A stretch of DNA of 64,000 nucleotides, from assembly GCA_965197905.1 (NCBI GenBank), contig CBDAOB010000005.1, forward strand, positions 1,536,001-1,600,000, in the 5' to 3' direction. This document shows positions 9,590-20,023 of this stretch, piece after piece (within the stretch, counting starts at the first letter, position 1; every line of letters begins with the position of its first letter). This DNA is from Candidatus Latescibacterota bacterium. GTDB taxonomy: Bacteria > Latescibacterota > UBA2968 > UBA8231. The notes under the pieces are model-generated. The model was given only the letters and a program-made list of their open reading frames with translations, was not told the origin of the DNA and searched no databases. The translations under genes and the position numbers were made by a program.

Positions 9590-10200
9590 CTGTCGGGTGC
9601 GACGATCTTACCGTTGCGCTCGAGCAGCCCGATAATCTCGAGAGCGGCCTCTTGAGGGGTTGTATCTTCGGTCCTCAAGACAAGCTCGGCTGACTCGGGC
9701 GGCTCGTACGGATCTGAAACACCGGTAAAATTCGGTATCTCACCCGACCTGGCTTTCTTGTAGAGTCCCTTCGGGTCCCGCTCTTCGCAGAGATCGACCG
9801 GCGTATCGATGAAGACCTCGAAAAAATCGCCATCGTCCATCAAGGTGCGGACCGCGTCGCGGTCTGCCCGATACGGGCTCACAAAGCTGGCGAAGGTAAC
9901 AACTCCTACATCGGCAAATAGTTTACCTACTTCCCCGATGCGGCGAATGTTCTCCGCTCGATCCTCCGCCGAAAATCCTAGGTTCTTGTTCAAGCCGTGA
10001 CGAATGTTGTCGCCGTCCAGGACGTAGGCGAGTCGGCCTCGTTCCACCAAAGCGTGTTCGGCGGTATAGGCTATCGTGCTTTTTCCCGAGCTTGGAAGGC
10101 CTGTCAGCCAGACCAGGGCGCCGCGCTGTTTGAGCATCGACTCACGGTCGGCTCGGGCCACATGTCCTTCATGCCACACCACATTGGTCGCGCGGTTCAA
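9586..10200 (-). CDS. cysC: Adenylyl-sulfate kinase (start approximate)
   Basis: WLTGLPSSGKST, LDGDNIRHGL, DRAENIRR, RDPKGLY. Confidence 0.95.
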   Translation of the reverse strand: MNRATNVVWHEGHVARADRESMLKQRGALVWLTGLPSSGKSTIAYTAEHALVERGRLAYVLDGDNIRHGLNKNLGFSAEDRAENIRRIGEVGKLFADVGVVTFASFVSPYRADRDAVRTLMDDGDFFEVFIDTPVDLCEERDPKGLYKKARSGEIPNFTGVSDPYEPPESAELVLRTEDTTPQEAALEIIGLLERNGKIVAPDS

Positions 10201-10550
10201 TTCATTCTCGCTTTCGTTCAAGTTGAGAGAAACCAAGAATTTAGTTACATCCTTCTGAAGGTCAAGCGAGGTTTGGCGGTAGGGGTCATGCCAGGCCAAG
10301 AGGGGGCTCAGATAGTGGCACGACCTCACGACGATCTGTCTTCAAGAGCTGGAGACTGGCCTAACTAAGTTAGCCTAAGATATTGTAATTTAATGATTTA
10401 AGTAGCACAAATCGGCCACGTTGTCGCCCCGAGGGAGACGGGTATCGTTTTAGGCAAAATTTCACCTTTTATTTTCTATTTTGTTTATTTATATTGTTGG
10501 TGATTTAGCCTGTAAAAGAGCGCCATTACCCCGGGAGGAGGGTTGTATCC

Positions 10551-11471
10551 ATGCAGTTTGCTAATCGAGTTTTGCTGTTGTCTGCAGCGGCGTTGATCTT
10601 GGCCGGCAGTGCAGACGCGGTCGTCAATATTCAGAATACGGGGGCCAGTGCCCGTTCAGTCGGGCTGGGCAACACCTTTGTCGCGATAGCGGATGATCCG
10701 TCCGCTATTTTTGCGAATCCGGCGGGCGTCCGCCAGATGAAGAATTTCCAGGTTGCCTACACCAACGTCTCAATTTTGTACTCGGGCGTAGACGGAGGTA
10801 ACCTCGGGCAGCATATCGTTAGCCTCGTCAAGCCGTTGGGTGGCCGGCTCGGACTTGGTCTCGCGCTGGAGCGAATAGGTTTTGAAGACGCGAGCGAGAA
10901 CGGAGCATTCGTCTCGTTGGGCATCAAGTTTTCGAAGAACCTCAGTCTCGGCGTGAACGCCAAATACCTGTTTTGGAGCGCAGATCTGCCTGCTGGTGAC
11001 CCGGCAGACGATAGCGGCGGCTCTATAGGACTCGATCTCGGCGCGCTTTGGAAAACCCCGTTCAAAGAGTCTACCCTGGGTTTGATGATCAAAAATCTCA
11101 ACAAACCCAACGTTGCAGGCGGCAGCGTTGCAGGTGAATCCGACGCCGGCAAGCTTCCAATGGATCTGCACGTTGGACTGTCTCGAAACGCGGGTCCGAA
11201 GTCCATGGTCTCGGTGGAATGGGTTACGCGCGACTTCACCGGCGACAATTCGGTGAACAAGGTCCTGATAGGCGGCGAAACAAAATTGTCAGAAGTGTTT
11301 ATGTTGCGCGGGGGAGGTAGCCGGTTCTTTGAGGACGGCGTCGATGGCGACCTCAATGCCGGAATAGGCTGGAAGAAAGAGAAGCTTCGCGTGGATTATG
11401 CGTATCACATTCCACTGGATCTGGTGGATGCCGGAGGCGAACATCGTTTCACGTTTACCTACGGGCTCTAA
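10551..11471 (+). CDS. PorV/PorP-like (UPF0164) outer-membrane beta-barrel
   Basis: Signal peptide, GASARSVGLG..FVAIADD..AIF.NPAG, DYAY, C-terminal HRFTFTY. Confidence 0.7.
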   Translation: MQFANRVLLLSAAALILAGSADAVVNIQNTGASARSVGLGNTFVAIADDPSAIFANPAGVRQMKNFQVAYTNVSILYSGVDGGNLGQHIVSLVKPLGGRLGLGLALERIGFEDASENGAFVSLGIKFSKNLSLGVNAKYLFWSADLPAGDPADDSGGSIGLDLGALWKTPFKESTLGLMIKNLNKPNVAGGSVAGESDAGKLPMDLHVGLSRNAGPKSMVSVEWVTRDFTGDNSVNKVLIGGETKLSEVFMLRGGGSRFFEDGVDGDLNAGIGWKKEKLRVDYAYHIPLDLVDAGGEHRFTFTYGL

Positions 11472-11505
11472 GTTTCAACGACAAACTGACTGGACTTTTC
11501 TTCCG

Positions 11506-11536
11506 GGGCCGCCTTCTACGAGGGCGGCCCTTTTTT
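11506..11536 (+). terminator. Intrinsic terminator
   Basis: GGGCCGCCTT-CTACG-AGGGCGGCCC followed by TTTTTT. Confidence 0.8.
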
Positions 11537-11538
11537 AT

Positions 11539-12279
11539 TTATTCCAGCACATCTTCGCCCATACGCGAAACCAGGGTTCCCGCGTCCTCCCCTTCGCAGA
11601 TTCGTCTAACAGTTCCCTTTTCCGAGAAGTCGAACACATGGATCGGAAGGTTGTGGTCGCGGGCGAGTATGATCGAAGGTTGATCGACGATCGACAGATT
11701 CTGCCGTATTATCGTGTCGTAGTTGACTCTACGGTATAACCTTGCGTCGGCGCTGGTCTGAGGGTCGGCAGTGAAGATGCCACAGGTCTTGTTCTTCGCA
11801 AACAGCAAGGCATCCGACCGGGTTTCGATGGCTCGCTGAGCGGCGGTGTAATCCGTCGTAACGTAGGGTATGCCCGCTCCCGCTCCGAAGATTATGATAT
11901 ACCGTTTTTCCAGATGATGGATCGCGCGCAGGCGGATAAACGGTTCGGCGACCGTATTTACCGGGATAGCGCTCAGGACTCTGACCTCGACCTTCCCCTG
12001 GGATTTGGAGCTCAATACGCCGCGCATCATAAGACTGTTAATCAGGGTCCCCATCATGCCGATATTGTCGGCCTCGGCACGCTCGATGCCCCAGTGAGTC
12101 GCCAATGTGCCGCGGAAGATATTGCCACCACCAATTACGACCGAAACCTGGACGCCGCACTCGTGCAGACCAAGCACTTCGTCGGCTATGTGCTCCAGCG
12201 CTTCCGGATCGAATCCGAACTCCCTCTCGCCCGAAATCGCCTGACCGCTGAGTTTCAAGAGCACTCGTTTGTAGCGCAT
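11539..12279 (-). CDS. pyrH: UMP kinase (non-canonical paralogue type)
   Basis: KRVLLKLSG, GGGNIFRG, TTD, DP motifs. Confidence 0.9.
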   Translation of the reverse strand: MRYKRVLLKLSGQAISGEREFGFDPEALEHIADEVLGLHECGVQVSVVIGGGNIFRGTLATHWGIERAEADNIGMMGTLINSLMMRGVLSSKSQGKVEVRVLSAIPVNTVAEPFIRLRAIHHLEKRYIIIFGAGAGIPYVTTDYTAAQRAIETRSDALLFAKNKTCGIFTADPQTSADARLYRRVNYDTIIRQNLSIVDQPSIILARDHNLPIHVFDFSEKGTVRRICEGEDAGTLVSRMGEDVLE

Positions 12280-12358
12280 GGGTGGGGTTTCTCCTTCTAA
12301 ACGACTCTAAAAGTTAATGGGGTGCTGAAATAGAACCTCACCGGTACGGAGTGAGGTT

Positions 12359-13798
12359 TCACAGAATGGGGCTCTTCAGAATCTTTTTAGCGTCGGGGAA
12401 GCGATCTACGAGCGTGCGGACTTCGCTCTCGAAACGCCGCGTCTGTTCCACCGCCATTCCTACAAACGACTCGCTCTTCTCCAGCATTTCCTGAATCTCC
12501 GCCGTCGCCAGCGGAAGCCGTTCATCCTCTCCCAATCTTTGGGCAAGGTCGTTGTCCGCCAACCCACGTTCTCTCATGGACAGAGCTGCGGCGACCGCAT
12601 GTTCTTTGATCGCCTCGTGTGCTTGTTCTCTGCCGGCGCCGCGACGGACCGCTTCCATAAGCAGCGTGGTCGTTGCCAGGAAGGAAAGGAAGCGTTCTAG
12701 CTCGCTCTGAACAACCTTCTCGTACACCCCCATGTCGTGCAGCACGTGCATGATCGTTTCGAGGAGGCCGTCGAAGGCAAAGATACTGTCCGGCAGGACG
12801 ACTCGGCGAACAACCGAGCAGGAGACGTCTCCCTCGAACCACTGGTCGCCCGCGAGGGAGCCGATCATGTGAACGTAACCCCCTAGTACTGCCTGCAGGC
12901 CGTTAATCCGCTCTAGGCTTCGCGTGTTCATCTTGTGCGGCATTGCCGAGGAGCCAACCTGGCCCTTGGAAAATCCTTCGGTTACCATCTCGCCGCCGGC
13001 CATCAGCCGCAGCGTCTTCGCCAAGCTGGAGATGCCTGAGCCAAGCTGAAACAGACAACTGACCACCTCGAAGTCGATGCTGCGTGGGTAAATCTGACCA
13101 ACGGCGTTTAACCCTTTGGGGACCCCAAAGTGGGCAAGAAATTCTGAATTGAGTTGCTCGTATCGCTCGGAGTCTCCTTCCAGCAACGTCAGCTGGTCTA
13201 ATCCCGTCCCCACGGCTCCACGAAGACCGCGCAATGGATATCTCCCGAGAAGGTCTTCCAACCTGCCGAAGGCATGCAACATTTCTTCTCCGAACATGGC
13301 CAGCCGCTTGCCGAATGTTGTCGGTTGCGCAGCTGCATGGTGAGTGCGAGCGACAATCACCAACTCATTCCATTGGTGGGCGCGCTCACTCAGGGAATGG
13401 AGGGTGGCGACGTACTTCAGCTGCAGATAGCGAAGAGATTTGAGGACCTGCCACTGCTCTACGTTGTCAGTCAGGTCGCGACTGGTCATGCCTTGGTGAA
13501 TGAATTCGTGGCCGGCCAGACAGCAAAACTCCTCGATGCGGGCCTTGACGTCGTGTTTGAGCCTGGATTCGCGGGACAGAATGGATGCCAGATCCACCCG
13601 ATCGACGACAGCTTCATAGTCGTCGATCGCCTTTTGGGGAATTTCGATGCCCAGCTGTTTCTGGGCTTTCAGAACGGCGATCCACGTTTGTCTCTCGAGC
13701 ACGACGCGGCTTTGGTCGGACCAGATAGCCTTTATACTGTTGCTGGCATAGCGACTGGCGAGAATATTGGGGAAGTCGGACGACATGCAGGTGGTCAA
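12359..13798 (-). CDS. purB: Adenylosuccinate lyase
   Basis: LASRYAS, HDV, GSSAMPHKMN signature. Confidence 0.95.
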   Translation of the reverse strand: MTTCMSSDFPNILASRYASNSIKAIWSDQSRVVLERQTWIAVLKAQKQLGIEIPQKAIDDYEAVVDRVDLASILSRESRLKHDVKARIEEFCCLAGHEFIHQGMTSRDLTDNVEQWQVLKSLRYLQLKYVATLHSLSERAHQWNELVIVARTHHAAAQPTTFGKRLAMFGEEMLHAFGRLEDLLGRYPLRGLRGAVGTGLDQLTLLEGDSERYEQLNSEFLAHFGVPKGLNAVGQIYPRSIDFEVVSCLFQLGSGISSLAKTLRLMAGGEMVTEGFSKGQVGSSAMPHKMNTRSLERINGLQAVLGGYVHMIGSLAGDQWFEGDVSCSVVRRVVLPDSIFAFDGLLETIMHVLHDMGVYEKVVQSELERFLSFLATTTLLMEAVRRGAGREQAHEAIKEHAVAAALSMRERGLADNDLAQRLGEDERLPLATAEIQEMLEKSESFVGMAVEQTRRFESEVRTLVDRFPDAKKILKSPIL

Positions 13799-14751
13799 TT
13801 GACGACGTTCAAGGGCGAACCTCCGATGAACGCCTTGGCATTTTCGTACGCAGTATGCATCATCCGCCTGCGTGCCGCAAGGGTTGCCCAGGCAATGTGT
13901 GGCGTGATCACCGCATTCTTCGCCTGCAGCAGCGGATTGGTCGGATCGATCGGTTCGCTGGAGGTGACGTCCAGCGCGGCGCCCGCCAGAACCCCGGAAT
14001 TTAGGGCGTCGGCGAGGTCCTGTTCCTGAACCAGCCCACCTCGCGCAGCGTTTATGAACAACGCGGTTGGTTTCATGCGCTGAAGCAGATCCCGGTTTAC
14101 GAACTCGGCGTTGTCATCCGTTTGGTTGCAATGCAAGGAAATCACATCTGCCTGTTCGAAGAGCTCTTTGATGGACAGCCATTTGAACGATTCGTACTGG
14201 GGCAGGTCGCCGTGGTAAACGTCGAAGGCCACTACGCCCATTCCGAACGCGTTGGCGAGTTCCCCTACGCGTCTTCCGATGCGTCCAAATCCCACGATGC
14301 CCATCGTTTTTCCCGCGAGCTCGACGAGCGGCGTTTCCCAAAAGGAAAATTCCTGCACTTCCGCCCAGCGGCCATTGCGAACCGCCTGGTCGTGAAGCGG
14401 GATGTGATGACAGAATTCCAAGAGCTGGGCGAAAACGTACTGGGCCACCGAATCGGTCCCGTAGACTGGTATGTTGCAAACGGGTACATCCCGAGCGCGG
14501 GCGGCCTCCGTGTCCACGATGTTGTAGCCGGTCGCAAGTACCCCGATCATCTTCAGGTCGGCGAGCTGATCGAGGATCTCTTTTGACAACGGTGTCTTGT
14601 TGGTGAACAGCAGTTCCACGTTCTGGGATCGAGGCAGAATTTCGTTATCCGCGGTTCGGTCATGGACGGTCAGGTTGCCGAGACTTGCAAGTTCATCCCA
14701 GGGATTATCACCAGGATTGAGCGTATGGCCATCGAGAACGACGATGTTCAT
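13795..14751 (-). CDS. D-2-hydroxyacid dehydrogenase (glycerate/hydroxypyruvate reductase type)
   Basis: LDG.TLNPGD, GFGRIG, IN.ARG, TPHIAW. Confidence 0.9.
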   Translation of the reverse strand: MNIVVLDGHTLNPGDNPWDELASLGNLTVHDRTADNEILPRSQNVELLFTNKTPLSKEILDQLADLKMIGVLATGYNIVDTEAARARDVPVCNIPVYGTDSVAQYVFAQLLEFCHHIPLHDQAVRNGRWAEVQEFSFWETPLVELAGKTMGIVGFGRIGRRVGELANAFGMGVVAFDVYHGDLPQYESFKWLSIKELFEQADVISLHCNQTDDNAEFVNRDLLQRMKPTALFINAARGGLVQEQDLADALNSGVLAGAALDVTSSEPIDPTNPLLQAKNAVITPHIAWATLAARRRMMHTAYENAKAFIGGSPLNVVN

Positions 14752-14881
14752 GGGGTATTGCTCCTAGGGCAAGATGATCACCGCGAGAGTAGCCCAATGC
14801 GGAGACCGGAGTAGCCGATGGGGTTGCGGACCAAAATATATGAAATCGTCTATCCATCGAAAAGGCATCAACTTAGGTGAA

Positions 14882-16282
14882 TCAGATAAATCCAAGCCAG
14901 CGCCAGTAGAGTAGATTGAGCGGGCACAGAACGATCAAAGTTGCCGCGGAAATCAGGGTCATGACGAGAATCATGCTGGCGGTCGGGAGCTGTCGGTAAC
15001 TGATGGCGATCATGAAGGGAGCTGCTTGATACGGCAGGAAAACTAGGGTGGTGGCCATCGCGACGCACATTGCCACCGGGAGTTCAGCCATGCCTGACGC
15101 GCGACCGATTTCGAGCATAGTGGGGGTTATCATTCCCGCGACCGCGGCAATGTCCATGAGAAAGTCGAGCGGCACAACGATGCAGGTTATGGCTAGGTGG
15201 CGCGCGAACCACCCGAAATCGTGCAACTCGATGTTGGCCGTCACATATCTCGCGAACTCCGTGTTGAAACCTGACTTCTCGAGAGCGGTTCCCACCGAAA
15301 TCAGCGCCGCGAAGTAGAAGAAGAATGGGAAATCTATGTGGCGAAGCTCGGTAGCCGGCAAGAGTCCGATCCGCGGCGTCAGCAAGAATGCGACCATGAT
15401 CAGTCCGACGTAGGTCGGTGCTAGCTGGTGGAAGCCATCCGTGAGCCATAGGAGCACGCCGAGGCCTAACACCAGGGCCATACGCGGATCGAGCCGACCA
15501 CCGGTTTCGAGCTGATCGGGTCTTGTCGTGTTGAACCGCTGAATCTTACGGCTCCAAATCAGCCACACGACACCCAGGCAGATCATGGTGCGCAACAGCC
15601 CAATGATCGGGAACATCCAGCGGAGCCACTCGGTCCACAAGAGGCTGCGATCCGCATACAGTTCCAGCTGGGCGGCGACGACGATGTTCGGAACCGATCC
15701 GGTCAGTACCCCACAGCCTCCGTAATAGGTGCTGCAGACGAGCGCAGAAAGAATCGCGGGCGCGAGTGCTCGATCCTCACCGCCGCCCAGGCGCTCGGCG
15801 AGTTTGATGCCTAGTGGAATCAGTATGAGCACGCGCACCATACCCGAGGGCACCAGGAGGGACATGGACAGGCCCAGTAGGTGCAGGCCGAGGAGTAGGC
15901 GGAACGGACTCGCTGCAAAGAAGCGGACACAACGCCACGTTAGATACTCGTCCGTCCCACTGTAGGTGATGGCCCGGCTAATCACCATTCCGGCGAATAA
16001 CAACCACAGTGTTTTCTGCGCGAAAGGTGCGAAGCTCTCGTCGAACGGGAGCAAGCCGAGAGCAGGCATCGCCAACAACAGAAGCAATGAGGTGAGTTCG
16101 AGAGGCAACGCCAGCGAGCTCCAGAAGAGCACGGCAAAGACGATCAACCCGAGTGCGGCCTGTGCGGACTCTGGAATGACGTCGAAAGGGGCGATGATTC
16201 CCACCACCAGGCCCGACAAACCCACGGCTGCGGCAAGGGTCTTGCCGCGGTGCAACTTTCGTCGCGCGTCAGTGGGCTCCAC
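14882..16282 (-). CDS. SLC13/DASS family anion transporter
   Basis: ~12 TM helices; VPS...R, LTGSVPN, LPYQAAP. Confidence 0.75.
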   Translation of the reverse strand: MEPTDARRKLHRGKTLAAAVGLSGLVVGIIAPFDVIPESAQAALGLIVFAVLFWSSLALPLELTSLLLLLAMPALGLLPFDESFAPFAQKTLWLLFAGMVISRAITYSGTDEYLTWRCVRFFAASPFRLLLGLHLLGLSMSLLVPSGMVRVLILIPLGIKLAERLGGGEDRALAPAILSALVCSTYYGGCGVLTGSVPNIVVAAQLELYADRSLLWTEWLRWMFPIIGLLRTMICLGVVWLIWSRKIQRFNTTRPDQLETGGRLDPRMALVLGLGVLLWLTDGFHQLAPTYVGLIMVAFLLTPRIGLLPATELRHIDFPFFFYFAALISVGTALEKSGFNTEFARYVTANIELHDFGWFARHLAITCIVVPLDFLMDIAAVAGMITPTMLEIGRASGMAELPVAMCVAMATTLVFLPYQAAPFMIAISYRQLPTASMILVMTLISAATLIVLCPLNLLYWRWLGFI

Positions 16283-16297
16283 GATAGATCGCGTCGT

Positions 16298-17269
16298 TCA
16301 GCGTGATTGTAACCGGTCTGCCAGGTGGCCTACGGAGAGGGCGAAGAAGGTGGAGTTGTTCCATTTGAGAAGGATTCTGAAATCCTTGTAGACCAGGTAG
16401 GCCCGGCCGGCCCTGCGTTTCGGGAGCAGCAGACTGGCATCGATATCGCGTTTGGGCAGGTCCGTTCCGTCCACCCGACGGATCCCGAGATTTTGCCAGG
16501 CGGTCAGTGGTTTTCTCCTCTTCAACCCGGCAAACGACTCCTCGAGATCCGCAGGTATCGACACCTGGCGTCCCCATGTCTGGTCGTCCCGCCAACCGAG
16601 GTGAGCGAGGAAATTCGCGATGGAAGCGAAGATATCTCCATGATTGCTCCAGATATCCCGTTGGCCGTCGGCGTCATGATCTACAGCAAGGCGCCGGAAC
16701 GTGGAAGGCATGAACTGGCACTGGCCCATGGCTCCGGCCCAGGAGCCGGACAGGTTCGCAGGATCCATGTTCTCCTGTTCCAACAGTTGCAACAGGTGCA
16801 GCAATTCGCGTTGGAAAAACGGTCTTCTGCGCCCGTTGAACCCTAGTGTAGCAAGGGACTGAACGGTCGGGTGCCGGCCCTGATAGCGACCAAAATCACT
16901 CTCGATCGCCCACAGTGCCACTATGAACCTGGGCTGAACGCCATATTCGGCGCCTATCTCTTCGAGGATATGGCGGTGTTGGCCCAGTCTTCTCCTGCCT
17001 GTTTCCACCCGTGACGCGGGTACTACCCGATCGAGGTAGCTGGTGAGAGTTTCGGTGAATTCGGGCTGCTTGCGTTCGAGCCTCAGCACGTCGCGCGATG
17101 GCTCGAGGCCGTGAAAGGCGAGAGAGACCAACTCGCGGGAGACTCCCTCCGCCTCGGCTCGTTGCTGCATCTTCTCGAGCCAAGCCCGGAACAGGCTGTC
17201 CGTTGCCGCACCTGTGGCCGATACGGTCAGTATAGTGGCAATCACGCCGTAGCGTGAAAATCGAGGCAT
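16298..17269 (-). CDS. Lytic murein transglycosylase (MltB/Slt35 family)
   Basis: WAIESDFG, GSWAGAMGQCQFMPS, D.DADG..D, WNNS. Confidence 0.92.
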   Translation of the reverse strand: MPRFSRYGVIATILTVSATGAATDSLFRAWLEKMQQRAEAEGVSRELVSLAFHGLEPSRDVLRLERKQPEFTETLTSYLDRVVPASRVETGRRRLGQHRHILEEIGAEYGVQPRFIVALWAIESDFGRYQGRHPTVQSLATLGFNGRRRPFFQRELLHLLQLLEQENMDPANLSGSWAGAMGQCQFMPSTFRRLAVDHDADGQRDIWSNHGDIFASIANFLAHLGWRDDQTWGRQVSIPADLEESFAGLKRRKPLTAWQNLGIRRVDGTDLPKRDIDASLLLPKRRAGRAYLVYKDFRILLKWNNSTFFALSVGHLADRLQSR

Positions 17270-17271
17270 GG

Positions 17272-18522
17272 TCAATCGATGAGAAACAGACTTAGGGCCG
17301 GAACGTAGGTGATGATCAACAGCGCCACGAGCAGGATGCCGAGGAAGGGAAGAGACGCCCAATAGAGACTCAACACGGGTTTCTCGAACCGTAGGCTGGC
17401 GATAAAGAGATTCAAACCGACAGGTGGGGTGGAGTAGCCGATTTCCAGATTCGTCAGGAATATCATGCCCAGGTGAACAGGGTGCACATCGAACGACTGA
17501 GCGATGGGAAGGATCAGCGGCACCACAACGATCAGGGCTGAGAACATGTCAACCATGCAACCCACCCCCAGCAGAAACAGATTCAGCAACAGCAGGAATG
17601 CAATCTTGCTTTCCACGTGTAGCGTTACAAAGTGCAGCAGCTGATTGGGTATCTCGGCGTCAATCAGGTAGTTCGTATACGCCATCGAAGATGCCAGGAT
17701 AATCAGTATGCTCCCGGTCATGATCATGGTCTCGCGCGCTATCCGCGGGAGATCCCGGAAGGCGATCTCCCGGTGTAGGAATACCTCGATGATCAAGACG
17801 TACAGGGCACACAGGGCAGCGGCTTCGCTGACAGCGATAAGTCCGCTGTAGATCCCACTGAGAACCACCGCCGGCAACAACAGTTCCCACACGCTTTCGC
17901 GAAATGCTTCCGCTACACCGACGGAAACGCCATCTCCAACCGGTTTCGGTACGCCGAGCCCGCGGAAGAAACCGTACACGGACAGCAACACCACCAACAA
18001 TATACCCGGGGCGATGCCAGCTATGAACAGCTTGTCCACGGCGGTTTCGGACACGATGCCGAACACGATCAACGGCAAACTTGGGGGGAACAATAACCCC
18101 AGACTGCCCGATGTTGTGAGCAAACCGAGGGAAAACCGTTCGGGATATCGATTCTTTATGAGAGCGGGATAAAGCAGGCCGCCCAGGGCAACGATGGTCA
18201 TCCCAGATGCCCCGGTGAAGGCGGTGAACAGGGCGCAGAGGCCGATCGCCATGATAGCCAGGCCGCCGGGCAACCATCCCAGCAGCGCGTGTGAGAAACG
18301 CACGAGCCGGTTTGCGGCTCCGCTTTCGGCGAGAAGAAATCCGGCGAAAGCAAATAGCGGAATGGCAGACAATGTTGGGGTTTCGGCGATGCGGTACATC
18401 TCGATGAAGATGACCGTCAGGTCGATGCCGCCGGTGTGATAGTTGAGCAGGGCGAGAAGCGCGATTACTATGAAGAGCGGGGTGCCGGCGACGGCCAGCA
18501 GAGCGGCAACGGTTGCAGTCAA
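17272..18522 (-). CDS. dctM: TRAP transporter large permease
   Basis: AIPLF, GSLGLLFPPS, TPPVGLNLF. Confidence 0.92.
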   Translation of the reverse strand: MTATVAALLAVAGTPLFIVIALLALLNYHTGGIDLTVIFIEMYRIAETPTLSAIPLFAFAGFLLAESGAANRLVRFSHALLGWLPGGLAIMAIGLCALFTAFTGASGMTIVALGGLLYPALIKNRYPERFSLGLLTTSGSLGLLFPPSLPLIVFGIVSETAVDKLFIAGIAPGILLVVLLSVYGFFRGLGVPKPVGDGVSVGVAEAFRESVWELLLPAVVLSGIYSGLIAVSEAAALCALYVLIIEVFLHREIAFRDLPRIARETMIMTGSILIILASSMAYTNYLIDAEIPNQLLHFVTLHVESKIAFLLLLNLFLLGVGCMVDMFSALIVVVPLILPIAQSFDVHPVHLGMIFLTNLEIGYSTPPVGLNLFIASLRFEKPVLSLYWASLPFLGILLVALLIITYVPALSLFLID

Positions 18523-19004
18523 TCGTTACGTCTTTCTCGGGTGCGGGAGGCCGCCTGCGCCAGGAAGCGCACTGTCATGAGGCCGAAGGTCGCGGGGAAT
18601 ATGAGCTGGAGGTACCAAACCGGGATATCGAAAACTCCTAGGTAGCCGAACTCCCGTTCGTCGAGAACAAATCCGACTGCGGTAGCGAAAAGAACCAGAC
18701 AAACGCCTGACGAACAAAGGTTGGTCGCCAATTGGATCCCGTTTCGGGCGCGCTGCGAACAGAAGCGCAGCAGGAAGTCTATTTTTATGTGTCTGTTTCC
18801 CCGCGTCGCCACAACGGCGCCAACAAATCCGCTCCATAGAACAAGGTGACGCACCAAAGGGTCCGCCCACACCAAGGTCACTGAGAACAGATTGCGCAAG
18901 GCGATCTGCGAGAAAGCTACAACAACCAGCGCTCCTACGAGCGCCACCAGCGTGCCATCCTCGAGTTTCTCCATGGTCCGAGCGAACCTCCGATCGCGAT
19001 TCAT
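18519..19004 (-). CDS. dctQ: TRAP transporter small permease
   Basis: 4 TM helices, HI.ID motif, located between dctP and dctM. Confidence 0.88.
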   Translation of the reverse strand: MNRDRRFARTMEKLEDGTLVALVGALVVVAFSQIALRNLFSVTLVWADPLVRHLVLWSGFVGAVVATRGNRHIKIDFLLRFCSQRARNGIQLATNLCSSGVCLVLFATAVGFVLDEREFGYLGVFDIPVWYLQLIFPATFGLMTVRFLAQAASRTRERRND

Positions 19005-20023
19005 TCGGACGAATCCCGTCGCCGTCGATAGTCGCCCAAATGCTGGTTCACCAGCGTCAAGGATTGCCGAGAGAATGCCTTGCCTACCAGTTCGGCGATC
19101 GTCTCATCGACGAGAGATTTAAAATCTTCGATACCGGCTTCTGGAGGCGCTACGAATTCCAGTCCGTTCGCTTTCATCACGGCTATTGCTTCCGCATTCT
19201 CGTCTCTGCTGTCGATGCTCAATTGTCGCAAAAGTCGGCGCGACACGGCTTTCAGAACATTCTGGTGCTCCCCGGCAACGCGATCGAAATCTCGCTTATT
19301 CACCAAGAAGGCTCCAAGGGTATAATTGATGGGCAGCTCAGTTACATATTTCACGCGCGTAAACCACTGAAGCACGATTGCCGCGGACGGCGGGGCATAG
19401 GCAACTTCTATCAGATTAGTCTGCAGACCGAGTAGTACATCCGGTATCGTCAGGGGGACGGATACCACCCCCGCTTTCTTAAACAGCACCTGAGTTATCG
19501 GCTCCCGGTCTAGACGCCAGGCTTTCATGCCTCGAATGTCCTCTGCGCTTCTTACGGGTTGCTGGGACATCAGATAGACATGACCGATTTCGCACCAGCC
19601 GAGAAATACGAACCCCTTGTCCAGATAGCCCTGAGTGTAGAATTCATTCATCTGCTCAAGGACGTAGTCGATCTCTCCATACTCCTCGAACAAGAAAGGC
19701 AGCTCCAACGCCAGCACGTCGTTGAAGATCAACGTCGTACCCATGCCCCCGAACCCGCCGCCATGCAGCTGCCCGACGCGAATCTTGCGGAGGACCACCT
19801 CCTCATCTCCTTGAACGCCGCCGGGGTAGATCTTGAGGCCGAGCGCTCCAGCCGTTTCAGTCCTCACCTCTTCATCGACAGCACGCAACGTTTTGACCCA
19901 AGTGCTTCCCTCGGGAGCCAGGGTCGCGATCTTTATGAGTTGTCCGGGCGTCGCGCTCCATACAGCGTTTATCGGCAGGACGACGGCCACGAAAACCTTC
20001 CACAGGGAGTTAGAAAAATTCAT
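19001..20023 (-). CDS. dctP: TRAP substrate-binding protein (TatP-like)
   Basis: KIATLAPEGSTW, YPGGVQGDE. Confidence 0.9.
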   Translation of the reverse strand: MNFSNSLWKVFVAVVLPINAVWSATPGQLIKIATLAPEGSTWVKTLRAVDEEVRTETAGALGLKIYPGGVQGDEEVVLRKIRVGQLHGGGFGGMGTTLIFNDVLALELPFLFEEYGEIDYVLEQMNEFYTQGYLDKGFVFLGWCEIGHVYLMSQQPVRSAEDIRGMKAWRLDREPITQVLFKKAGVVSVPLTIPDVLLGLQTNLIEVAYAPPSAAIVLQWFTRVKYVTELPINYTLGAFLVNKRDFDRVAGEHQNVLKAVSRRLLRQLSIDSRDENAEAIAVMKANGLEFVAPPEAGIEDFKSLVDETIAELVGKAFSRQSLTLVNQHLGDYRRRRDSSE

